From positions 39,434,001 to 39,498,000 of the forward strand of contig NC_087245.1 in NCBI RefSeq assembly GCF_037042905.1: a DNA stretch of 64,000 nt, written 5' to 3'. Source of the DNA: Lytechinus pictus. Lineage: Eukaryota. Made by a program: the position numbers and the translations under genes. This document shows positions 14,331 through 26,623 of this stretch, piece by piece; positions within the stretch are counted from its first letter, which is position 1, and every line of letters begins with the position of its first letter. Under the pieces are notes generated by a model. It was not told the origin of the DNA. It did no database searches and saw only the letters and a program-made list of their open reading frames with translations.

Positions 14331-15060
14331 CTGTCTATCTTCTTTGTTGCACTTTGATCTTTTGCTTCTAAATCAACTGTTTTTTTGTTTTTTTCTTATG
14401 TCTCCCACTATTCATTAACAACATGAATATTACTTCACACTTTAATGTTAATGTAATTGCTTGCAATTCAATCCAGAATTCATTGATATTATCTCGGTGA
14501 CTCGATCTCTATTAAGTTTCAATCTAATGCATATATTTAGGTCTATAATCTTTTATTTCAGCCCTTGACTACTCACCAATTGAAATTGAAATCACCAATT
14601 GAAATTGAAATCATCCATTATTCATCATCTACCTCTCTCTATCCGATGGGTGTTTCATAAAGCTGCTCTTAAGTTAAGAGCAACTTGAAGAATGACTGGT
14701 AATCCTTTCTTGTGGTAAATTATATTTACCATTAAATGTCTATTGGTGATTAATTAGCACATAAGAAAGGTTCATCAGTCATTCTCAAAGTCACTCTTAA
14801 CTTTCAAACAGCTTTGTGAAACGGCCCCCGGATGTCAAACAATTCTGTTTGACCTTTAACTCTCTGATTATAATACAGTTTTTATTACAACCTACCACAC
14901 TACAACTACTGCATTAACAAGTTTGTTAGATATTTTTTCAATTTGCAAGACTGTAGAATTGTTTTGGGGGTCAGATTGCCACCTTTCTTTCTGTCTTTCT
15001 TTTTTGATGGAAAGAGCTTAGAAGATAGAAGACAAAACCCCTAAAACACAAGTTTCTTAC

Positions 15061-15342
15061 CTTGTTCAAAGGAAAAGTCATGACAATGTTGACAAATGCA
15101 GCCCCTCCCCCTGATAAGTACTCCACCCAGTCTGGTCTGTGAATGATCGACCCTGATGCAAGTGAAAGAGTCGATGCCTCGCTTCCCGACGTTGACAAAC
15201 TTGGCATTGGTGGTATCGTTGAGGGTGAAGCGGATGAAGCCAGGGTTGCGATACTGAATGGCTGGGCCAGGCCGTTTGATGAGTTTGGATGCTGCCCAGT
15301 ATTGGCCATGCTTTCTGTAATAGAGCTACCTGATAGGGGCAT
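15061..15342 (-). CDS. SLC25A51: SLC25A51-like first coding exon (Ser-rich N-terminal extension plus helix 1)
   Basis: MPLSGSS...EYLSGGGAAFVNIVMTFPLNK followed by a GTAAG donor. In-frame upstream TGA at 15409-15411. Joined CDS is 1035 nt, 344 aa. Confidence 0.9.
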
Positions 15343-17286
15343 GACTGAGTTCTGCTTCTCGGGGGAGCAGCAAATAAAATCATCTGTGTTGAGGATGGGT
15401 GTGACTCTTCAAAATGGAAAACTTTCCAAATTGTAAAAGAATCCAAAAAGATCAAAATCATTCATATGATCCAACATCTCCGTGGCATTACTAGATACTT
15501 CTTACATATCGAGAAACAACTCCAGGATTCATCAGTGGCACTACATAAGGAAAAAAAAAGTATAAGAACAATAAATAAATGTGTGCATTGTGATAGGCAT
15601 TTCAATATCCTTCATAGCCATGCCATGTTAGCCATACTAGGTCCATCAAACAAACTAGTCTACATCACATGTACAACTGTATTATAGGATCACACTGACA
15701 GTACCATTAGGAACTGGAGCTCGCAAATTTAGCCTAAATTTTAGGATCACATCTTCAAAATGTAAAATAAACCAGGGCAAGGAAAACTAAAATCAAATCG
15801 ACTCAACAACTGCATTGAATTTGTGCAAAGTTGATTCCAGGGGAGCGTTTCATGAAAGGACTTATGACAAGTCCTATTTTATCCGACAGCTATCATGGTA
15901 ACAGCTTTTCTCAATCAAATTCAAGCCCACTCATTCAATGAACAAGGTTATGATATAACCTTGTTCTCTGTTGCTATTCCCTGTCATGCCTGTGCGGTGA
16001 AATAAGGTTGGCAATGTTTGGCTTATTTCCTCTTGTTTTGGGGGACAAATGCTTTGTTTTAACTGTCAGTTTCCATTACAGCTATTCATCATACAACTTA
16101 CCTCAGGCAATGGTTCGAATAGGCTCCATTACACTTCACTGCCAGTACCACCAAGTGTAGTGGAGCCTATACAAACCATTGCCCGAGGTACATTTAACTT
16201 GGCTCTTGACTGAATTCTCTTAATTATTTTTTTCTACATTAAAAACAGAGATTGAAAAATGACAAATTTTATTGCAATTTTACTTTCCACCAATAGAGGG
16301 CGCACACCAAAATATGCCCAAAATTCAATATTTTGAGCATTATGGTGAATATAAAAATTATCCCCAGGCAGGCCTGAAAAATAAATTGCATCTGTATGAA
16401 AATTAGAATAATTTTTTGTCACAAAACTAAAGTGTGTTGTCTACTGCGTTGGCATACCGTAAATCTACATCATGTAGATTCCCCACAGCCCAGGCAGGGT
16501 GGTTGCATGGAGCTAGTAAACAAGTGATCAAGGCAAGCCCGGCCCGGGGCCAGGGGTGTTCACTGTTGTGTTGACTCAGTCTTGTCTTGTCAAATTACAT
16601 GTCAGTACCGTATATACTATATTGTCAGATCTGACAACTTGACCGACTTGTCGGACAAAAATACTGACTTAGCCTTAGGGCCTACTGTGATGATGAATTG
16701 AAACGCTCCCCAGCCCAGGCCTTCTTTATCATTTGTACAAAGTGGGTTCCTTCTTTGTCACTTACACTGATCCAGCTCTCAACAGACAAATGTGGTAGTT
16801 TGTCACCCGGCCTTTCTCAATAAAAAATTAAAGTTAGGACTCGATCGTAAGCAGAGTTGAAAACCAAACATCAATTTCTATATGTGGGGCCATACAATCG
16901 GAAAGTGCCAGGTTAGTGACGATATCATTCATACTAACGTAGGCTCTCGTATGCCAAAATAATAAAAAGAGATTTCACTAAGTACATCTATGAATAGCAG
17001 ACAAGGAGTCAATTAATTATAGCTTCGTTAACTTGTGTGAAACAAAGTTAATTCAGAATTTGGGCCTTTACCTTAAGTTCTCACGTATTAAAACTTCGCA
17101 AGCACAGGAACACTGAGCTTATTTTATGAAATTTTAAATCACACAGTAGATTGTGTATTATCGACGTTACGCATTCAGGGGGCGTGGGACCGGACCGCGG
17201 CGGGGCGGGGCCGCCCGGAGAAGGGGGGGGGGGGAGAAAATGTATTGGAGAACCGAGAAGTGATAAATTATTTGGCTGAAACTTAA

Positions 17287-17909
17287 AGGACAAGTCCACC
17301 CCAACAAAAAGTTGATTTGAATAAAAAGAGAAAAATCCAACAAGCATAACGCTGAAAATTTCATCAAAATCGGATGTAAAATAAGAAAGTTATGACATTT
17401 TAAAGTTTCGCTTTATTTCACAAAACAGTTATATGCACATCCTGATCGGTATGCAAATGAGGAGACTGATGATGTCATCCACTCACTACCGGTATTTCTT
17501 TTGTATTTTATTATATGAAATGTGAAATATTCTGATTTTCTCCTCAATGTCAAGTGAGACAACAATTAATTCCTCTTGAACATAAATAAAATAAAAATAA
17601 ATGTGGAATTAGCATTGTTTAATACTATATGGTTCAGTCAAGTTGGTCATTATTGCCAAATCTGTAAAAAATGAAATATTGTATAATTCAAACAATTAAA
17701 AACAAAAGAAATAGTGTGTGACATCATCGACTGTCACATTTGAATGTCACTGACTTGTACATATCACTGTTTTGTGAAAAATAAGCAAAACTTTAAAATG
17801 TCATAACTTTCTTATTTTACATCCGATTTTGATGAAATTTTCAGTGTTATGCTAGTTGGATTTTTCTCTATTTATTCAAATCAACATTTTTCTGGGGTGG
17901 TCTTGACCT
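17287..17909. mobile_element. TTAA-flanked MITE (Kolobok/T2-like)
   Basis: TTAA|AGGACAAGTCCACCCC...GGGGTGGTCTTGACCT|TTAA with long inverted arms. Deleted or partial relatives at about 13426-13662 and 20400-20625. Confidence 0.85.
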
Positions 17910-18750
17910 TTAAACAGGGGGAGGCATCGTGGGAATGGGATATCCGCTGTTTCTTCGGAGGTTTTTTTTACATTTATTTTAAAAACATTTTCTGATTTTG
18001 CTTTAGTTTTATAGGAGGACAAAGAAAAATCAGTAAAAAAAAAAAAACACCCTCCGAAATAGCAAATATATCAGTCTAGGGAATGGGCACCTTTGGTGCC
18101 TCATGCAAGACAGGCTCGCTCCTGTGATGAAGGTATAGAGAATTAAATGTTCTTTCTCAAATTGCAGCAGCTATACCGTTTGCAAACATGAAGTTTAATT
18201 TTTCGCCAGGGTTTTTCGCTTGATAATTCTTGCACACGGCCCCCGGCCAGCTGCCTCTAAAATAGCATAGAAGAGTGCTGATCGAGTATCTTATAATAAC
18301 ATCACAACCGGCATCACAATATCACTTGCACGAAAGTGGGAATAACACATAAAACATGAAGATTCAACTATAAAATGCAAGGAGTGACCACTGGGATCGA
18401 GATCTGGACTAAGTATACTGGGAGATCAGTGGGAGTGCATGGCAGAAGATACTGGACGGGCGTTTATCATGCTTCTTACATTATTTTGTCAAAACTTCTA
18501 GAATGAAGACATAAATTATATTATTATGCACCAGTTTGCCAAAATCCCGGGCCAAAATTCCTGCTGTTTTTTTTTCATTAGCACCTTCTAACCATAATTA
18601 TGATATTGATTCAACACTTTATATTTTGCGAGCGAACGAATTTGCGATAGGCCCTGATTGAAAGTTTCAGATTTTGACCTAAATTATGATAAACGCGGTT
18701 ATAAAAAGTAGTTAATTATTTTGTCGACTTTGTATTAGAGTGTTATATTG

Positions 18751-18788
<38 letters not shown>

Positions 18789-19003
18789 CGTAAAATATGT
18801 AGGCCTACGTCCGATCGACCCCATGTATGTGAGACCTTCATGAAATTTTCAGTCTCTGATTTCTTGTTCTTTTGACAGTCTGTAATGTTCTCAAACTTAC
18901 TTACTTTACTTTACTTTAAGTCCACGATGCTGTAGGCTTGAGTTGAGTGCCTGTTCATCGATCGTAGTATCTCCTCCATGTTATTAAAACAAAATATATA
19001 TAC

Positions 19004-19273
19004 CAGAAGCGGATCTAGAGGGGGGGGGTTGGGGGGTTGCAACCCCCCCAAAAAAAAAATCCGGGGACCATTTTTTTAAATCTTATCTTTTTTTTAAAAC
19101 TTGTAATGCAAGAAAACGCCATTTTCACACACAGATTTTCAAAAATTTTCCCTACTGTGGGAGGGGGGACACCCCCCTCCCCCCTCGCTCGCTCCGCTCG
19201 CTTGGACTCGGTCGCTACGCTCCCTCGCATACCACCCCAACCCCCCCTTTATAAAAAGCTGGATCCGCCCCTG
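19004..19273. mobile_element. GC-ended MITE (CAGGGGCGGATCC family)
   Basis: CAGAAGCGGATCTAG...CTGGATCCGCCCCTG flanked by TATAC on both sides. Confidence 0.65.
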
Positions 19274-22200
19274 TATACCGGTACTTAACACGAGAAAGGA
19301 CTATCAGAAGTTTGTACATGTATGCTAAAAACCCTGGGAAAACAAAGACAATACTGCCTACACTGGCTTATAGACGGACCTTGACTTGGTCAGTTTATAA
19401 AGTGAAGTAAACCTTGAGAGAAATGAGGGTCGGATGCACAAAAAGGTTGATTATTTTATGGAATTGCCCATATTATTATATGCACCTTTAAGCTTTCCGG
19501 ATTGCCGCCCATATTGTGTTCGAATTTAAAGCAGTCCAGATCATGCATTATGACCCTTCCCTCCGGGATTCGTGACTTGTCGCCGAAAATTTCTTTTAGC
19601 ATATTTGGAGTGAGGCATATGCTTAATTGTCGGCATGGCCCTTTGTGCTGGGGGTGCATGCTTTTCAGCGCCCCAAAATATTTCCCTGGGGGTGCTGCGC
19701 GTATTATTCTCCATAGGCAGCACCCCATGGAATTCTGCCATGTTTAAAAATCGTGAACTTGTCAGTATAACCAAAATGACCTTCATTTTGTAACGAAAAC
19801 TCCTTTTTTTTGCTCTTCAAATTAATTTCCCGAGACCAATTTGATCTCCATTTTTAAGTGAAAACCTTTTTGGTTACTGACTTTTTTATGCAGGTTCCCT
19901 CATATTTCACTCTTTTAAATTGTCTTTAATTCCAAATCGCTATTTTTTTTAATTTGAATTAATTGTTATGCCTTGTCTGATTTGTATTCTCATAAGTTTT
20001 CTGATATTGTTTCATAATTTTGTTTGTACTTGTGAAATATGTGAAATAAAATAAAATAAAATAAAATCAAATCTTTCTTTTCTTTACTTTTTTTTTTCTT
20101 GTCAAATTTACATCAGCACCCCCAATCGTTCCCAGGGCTCTGCTCAATAATAAACTGTCGGCCTTTTTGGGGTGGGAATTGTATATTCCCACCCACATGC
20201 AGGTCGTGTGGTCCAGTGGTTAGAGCATTGCACTCATAATCACAAGGTTGTGAGTTCGAATCCCCGCTCTATAGCCATTAATTGTCTCAGCTTGACTGAG
20301 ACATATATTAAACAGTGCTAATTCCACATGTTCAAGGCCAGGGGGAATTAATCACTTTTTCACTTGATAATGAGAAAATTAGAATATTTCATAAAATACA
20401 AATTATATGAGTGGATGACGGGTGGATATGACGTACACACCATCACCAGTCTCCTCATTTGGATATCGACCAGGATGGAATATTTTGTGATAAAGCAAAA
20501 ATATAAAATGTCATAACTTTCTTATTTTACATCAGATTTTTATTGATTTTTCATTTTTATGCTTGTTAGATTTTTCTCTTTTTATTGAAATATCAACTTC
20601 TGGTTGGGGTGGACTTGTCCTTTAACGGACTGCGCATGCATGCATATAAGATCTAATTTAGCTCGATCATTAAACTAGAAATCAGACCATGATAATTGGC
20701 AGTAGACTCTGAAAACATGTCAGCAGATAATTTATTTTCTTGTGTCGAAACTGATAAAAACTAATCAAATAAAAAAATTAAAAAAACTTTTTCAAACTTG
20801 ATCATGATCATAATCCAGATAGCAATTAGCATGGAGCCGTCGATCGGCGGCTCGTCTTTTCTTTTCCACAGCATATGTTAGCATACGAAATTGCGTCGAG
20901 TGTACGTGGATATGGAGGATAGGAGAGAACACGAACGACGACGGTGACTGGTGTGTTGAATTGTAATTTGGTGAAGAATTGTCTATTTTGTTTATTGCTT
21001 AAGTGCATTGAAAAAAAGTTATTCGAAATATAGCTATCGTTCGGCAGCCAATCATTCTAGAATGCGGGTAAAATATATACTACATTGCGTGTTACAAATT
21101 ATGACAAGGCGGGTACCGTACCGCGCTGACGTTCACGCTCATTCGGCCACGCATGGGCACGGTCAGCCCGCGTCATTCCACGCCAGAGTTCAGCCATGCC
21201 ATTGACATGGTCGTCATGCATCCTGAGGCTGAGCTGTGCTGGGCGCCGGCGGAGCCTGCCACACCAGCTTCAGGCGGTATTGGCTTTGCCATTCCAATGA
21301 CGTTGTCCATTCACAAATTTAACACTAGATCTAGACCTAGATAATCTATTCTGTCGATTTGTATATGTGCGCCCTTGTTGTGACCTATGATGTATTGCAA
21401 ATTAATATGACTAAGTTGTGTATGATGGGGTGTCCAAACTTTGCGCACTTTTCAAAAATATTCATCAGGCTTAAATTTGTTCACAAAATATTCATAATTT
21501 ATACAAAACCAATTCAAGAAATAGTTACCACATTGACGGCAAGATCGTAAACTATAAAATCATGGACGAAAATGTAAAGTAGGTCAAGGGGATTCGCCGG
21601 TATCGCGATCTCAAAATTCTATTCCGATCGGCGAATGCGCGCTGTGCTGGAAAACCGTTCAGAAAAGGTGTGACCTAACTTCGCGGACCAAAGTTTTTGT
21701 GGACATTTAAACAAAAACTCAAGCTCAAAAAGTGAAATATTTATATCAGATTGATGGCAAAATGCTATAGAATCGGTTAGTACCACATTTAACTCACATT
21801 GTTGATGATTTTTGCTTGCAAAATGGTGATATCGTGATGCTTGTTGAGAATATCAGATTTCTTCAAAACGGGCGCTAACGGTGACAAATTTGCCGATTTT
21901 TTGCCAATATTTTCATGAATACTGAACTCATCCTAAAGAAACTTACACCAAAGGGTAATTTTAGGTCGCTTTTCACGTTGATGATGTCAGATTTTAAGGA
22001 TATTGGCTAGTTTTTTAGATAATGACCGTCCGCGAAGTATGGACACGCGCGAAGTTTGGACTCACTGCCATACAGTAAGTGAACGGAGCTGAGACGTGAG
22101 GTGGACACTGGAAGTAGAATCTAGAACTAAAGTTGTTGTAGTCTGTCACTCTGTGTAGTCTGTAGAACTAGTCTAGATCTATGACTGTGAGTATGAACCA

Positions 22201-23177
22201 GACCGTGCCAAGGGCCTGTTTCATGACGAGATGAGTGATACGTAGGAACGTCCATGACGTCCAAGATGGAAAGATTGGAGACAAATCAGCGCTTTCCGTT
22301 TCACGAAGGCAATTTTGTCTTCCAAGTCCGCGACATCGTTTTATATAGTATCGGAAAAATATTTAGCCCTCATCACCTGAACCTTTTATTTCGGAATGAG
22401 GACTTTTCATAAAATCATATATTTCAATTAATTAAGATAAAGTAATTTTTTGTATGTAGAATTGATGTACATTATGTATGGAGCTTACTTTACAAAGATA
22501 GAAAGACTAAAACTTCAAAGATTCATAAACATTTATCTGGATAAAATCAAAATTTTCATTATTTCCTGGGGGGGGGGTCTTCTTTGGGGGCAACCAGTCA
22601 ATTTGACTATTTTCACCATCATAAATATTATATTATTCATGTTTGTTTTCTTTGAAAAAAAAAAATATTTAGAACACGATGCCCTTTTATAGACACCTTT
22701 CATTGATATTTCAACGAAAGAGACCCTTGTCCGACATGAAAATTGATGCAACAAAGTAATTTTGACATTGTATTAGTTCAATATTCTGAATTTTTATAGA
22801 ATACTTATCTTTAGCAGGGTTGTTGATTTTTTTGATTTTTTTTTTTAAAATAAAAAAAAATCAGATTTTTTAAAATTTAAATCGGATTTTTATGATTTAA
22901 ATCAGATTTTTTTTATTTTTTTCCAACGAAAAATAATGGTCACACTTAACAAGTTTTAAACTATATTTAAATTGTTTTACACCAATAATAGTGGTCAAGT
23001 AGTCTTTTGAACATTGTGTATTGTACTATTTGACAATAATCCACTTATATACAGGTAATTTTTTTTATTTTTTTTAAATTTATTTGCATTATAGAGAGGG
23101 ACATTTTATGGAAGCCCAAAGTAATGTTATGTATTATGTATACATTTAAACTCTTGAAATTTTTATATCAGTCAGTT

Positions 23178-24698
23178 TAAGCTTGTAACCGATTTTGCAA
23201 TCGGCAACCGATTCCATTCGATTTCACCACAATCGGCAATCACTTGCCGATCTTCGATCATGCCCCTTGAAGGAAAAAATCGAAAATAAAAAATCGGCGT
23301 AGATCTGGTTACAGTGCGTGATCGCTCAGAACATATTTCAAGATTGTTTTTGAGGTGCTAGCTATTTACAGGTCGCATTATTCAGGGGAAAAGTCGCGGT
23401 ATTATCTATGGCAATGTTTAAGGGGATAGATATCTTCTCTTCCAACTCATGGTGATAGCGGATGCCGCCGTGAACTTTGAAAGGTCGTATTACCGACGGA
23501 GCTCACTGCGTTACTCTCTTACATCGTTTATGATTATATACATTTTATTTTCAACCTCGTGGTGATAGCGGATGCCGCCGTGAACTTTGAAAGGTCGTAT
23601 TACCGACGGAGCTCACTGCGCTACTCTCTTACCCCCTTTATAATGATATAAATCTTCTCTTCAACCTCGTGGTGATAGCGGACCCCGCCATTAACTTTTA
23701 AAGACTGTACTATTGACGGAGCTTATTGCGTTGCTCTCTTACATCGTTTATGATGATATTCATTTTATTTTCAACCTCGTGGTGATAGCGGAAGCCGCCG
23801 TGAACTTTGAAAGGTCGTATTACCGACGGAGCTCACTGCGCTACTCTCTTACCTCCCTTATATTAATGATATAAATCTTCTCTTCAACCTCGTGGTGATA
23901 GCGGACCCCGCCAGAAACTTTTAAAGACTGTACTATTGACGGAGCTTATTGCGTTACTCTCTTACATCGTTTATGATGATATACATTTTATTTTCAATCT
24001 CGTGGTGATAGCGGATGCCGCCGTGAACTTTGAAAGGTCGTATTACCGACGGAGCTCACTGCGCTACTCTCTTACCCCCTTTATGATCGATAGACATCTT
24101 CTCTTCAACCTCGTGGTGATAGCGGACCCCGCCGTGAACTTCAAATTGATTTGAAAACGCTAGCTACCCAAAACATTTTAATAACATATTTCAAATCATC
24201 GTGCGTGCTTGCGTCGTCTACTTCATTTTAATTGCACTTGCGACTTTAAGATGATGCGTCGTAAGACTAAGAGATCATTCCAATAATTCTAAATTGCTAG
24301 CACCTAAAAATACTTCTAAAAGATGTCCCGCCGATCGTTCATTAACCTGTGATCTATGAGAAATATTTTCATTTTATTTTCCTTTGCGCCTTTGCTCGGA
24401 AGATGCGTCTTTCGTTTATCTTTCTAATAAAAATCACTCGGTTTATTTTAAAGCAATAACACCTCAAAACCCCTGGCTTTAAAACATGTTCCAAACGATC
24501 GCGCATGTTGGCGACTTCCATTCCAATGCATTCGTCTCTGTGACTTTGTCAGGAAGATGCGCGCGACCGCGAACAACATTTTGATGTATTCCTTTGTTTT
24601 TAAACATCGCCGATTCGATTTTCGATTCGATTTCGATTTTAGAAGCTTAACTGCCGATCCGATTTTCGATCTGATTTTTGATCCGATTTACAACATTA
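23178..24698. mobile_element. Nested hAT-like element with 8-bp TSD, carrying a tandem array
   Basis: AGTCAGTT|TAAGCTTGTAA...TTACAACATTA|AGTCAGTT, with subterminal CCGAT repeats. Confidence 0.8.
23430..24142. repeat. About 110-bp tandem array, 6 full units plus a partial one
   Basis: CAACCTCGTGGTGATAGCGG recurs near 23443, 23552, 23662, 23772, 23885, 23995 and 24107. Confidence 0.95.
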
Positions 24699-24741
24699 AG
24701 TCAGTTCAAAACATCCGAAGTGTTACTCCAATGCATGAAGT

Positions 24742-26623
24742 CAAGGCTCGACATTAGCGGTGGCCCGGGGCCACCAGAAATTCACCTCGGGCAACCATTA
24801 TTGATAAAATGTTAAGTTTTGGTGGCCCGAATCGGGCAACCAATAATTTTCAAAGTAGCACCATTTTTCTCCCAATTTTGCATGCATTTATCAACTTTCT
24901 AAAGTTCAAATTGCAACCCAGTGCGTCATGCGCCCTTTTTGTTGATCTACACACAAATACACACACAAAGTTTGCATATTAGGCCCACAGCTATAGCATA
25001 CAGTAGCTATTATCCAGCCAGCCGCGCCGGCCGGCTGGCGTGAGCTTTACATGAAGCCACTGCATACAGCTGTGCTCTAGATCTAGCTCAGCCTATTCAG
25101 ACTCCGGGAGCTGCGATAAAAAATGTTGCTGCTAAGAAATCTTCCACAGAACTTTGAAAATCTGAGTCAAAGTCACATTTTACACCAATGAAATGACATT
25201 CTACAGTCTATATTACGAAAATTTGGTGTACCCTGATTATTTGCAAGCATTAAGAAGAGGAATTATGACCTCTCTTTTGACTACAAAAGACCGATTTCCA
25301 AATGAATTAATACACATAAAAACACATAGGCAAGTACATCACAGTCCCCCGTGTGCATTTGTATGTATGTTGATACTTGGTTTCTTTCGAAGCTGTGTCT
25401 TTTCTAGCCAAAAATAAACAGACAGTTTCTTTCTTTCTTGTTTATAAATGACTTCTTAAACCACTCTTGAGAAAGTAAATACTTTAGGAAGGCATTTCAT
25501 TGATATGAAATGTGAATTTTGCCAACATTTTGGCAAATATAGGGAAGGACTTTTCTCACACTTTTTTTCCAGATATAACTTTTGCCGTTTTTTTATTTAT
25601 TTATTTATTTTTTTTTTTTTACAGTGGTTAAACCATTTATACCCCTTCCCATTGAATATGCCTGATTAAAAAATATGTTTCTACTAAAAATAAAATAATA
25701 CAAACTAAAGGATATAGAAATAGAAATGTGCCATTCCCAGAAGGTAAGTGAAAATTATTTGCTTGGCTTTTAAATATATTCCAGTCAGAATAGACTGTTG
25801 CCACAGCTGTTAAAAATATTCGTAATGGCTTCTTAATTTTCCCCTTTTCCCCATGTTTATATTAATTTTGTTTATTCATTTTTCTTTCACTTCCTTTTCT
25901 TTTTTTCTCTCTAAATTTTTTATTTTCTTTTTTTTTCCCTGTTCTTTGTTTTTTCTTTCTTCATTTTCTTTCTTTTGTTTTATTTCACTTATTTCTTTTA
26001 TCATTTTTGTTTTCTTTTTGTAATATACTTTTTGAAAATTATTTTCACTTGTTTCCCCCTTTTATGCATTGTTCTAATTTTGCAGCATATTTTTCTGTGA
26101 TTTTCTCCAGCTATAATATGCTGCAAAAGAGAAAACAGAAATAAACTGGATTTGGGGCCTGCATAATCTAGGTTTTAGGATTCAAAGAGGAAAAAAAATG
26201 AAAAACCATTGTTTTGTACATCTAGCTGAGTTTGCTATGCACTAATTATTAACTTTACCATTATGAGTGTGTGTCTATACGGAGATTTAAAAAAAAGTCC
26301 ACACAACCTGCGAACAATAAAATTCATTTATTCTCTTTCTATCATTTCATTTTTACGATAGAAACAATTCATATTTTACCACAAGCCAATTAGCAAAGTA
26401 AAATAACAGCAAACAAGGTTTACATACAAGATGATAAAGTGAAAGTAACTCAGTGGTAGTGGCTGTAGAATTAATATTTCAGAAGTTTGTTTTATTAATT
26501 TTTAATGTGTTTCTTTATATTTTTGGGCCACCAAACTTTAATATCGGGCCACCAAAAAAAATTATTTGATGGTTTTGGTGGCCCGAACGGGCCACCACCA
26601 AAAAAAGTTAATGTGGAGCAATG
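24742..26623. mobile_element. Non-autonomous element with 7-bp TSD (P-superfamily-like)
   Basis: ATGAAGT|CAAGGCTCGACATTA...TAATGTGGAGCAATG|ATGAAGT, with subterminal GGTGGCCCG repeats. Confidence 0.75.

Noticed and set aside
20201..20275. Possible tRNA gene (A and B boxes, CAT in the loop)
   Set aside because: The acceptor and anticodon stems do not pair properly. It looks like a SINE head truncated by a MITE.
20698..22070. Putative transposon with GGCAGT ends and GTCCAAACTTCGCG-like subterminal repeats
   Set aside because: TE-like, but no TSD or matching left end could be established, so the boundaries are unsupported.
23430..24142. CRISPR-like regular repeat
   Set aside because: Whole 110-bp units are repeated with no unique spacers. 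The context is eukaryotic and there are no cas genes.
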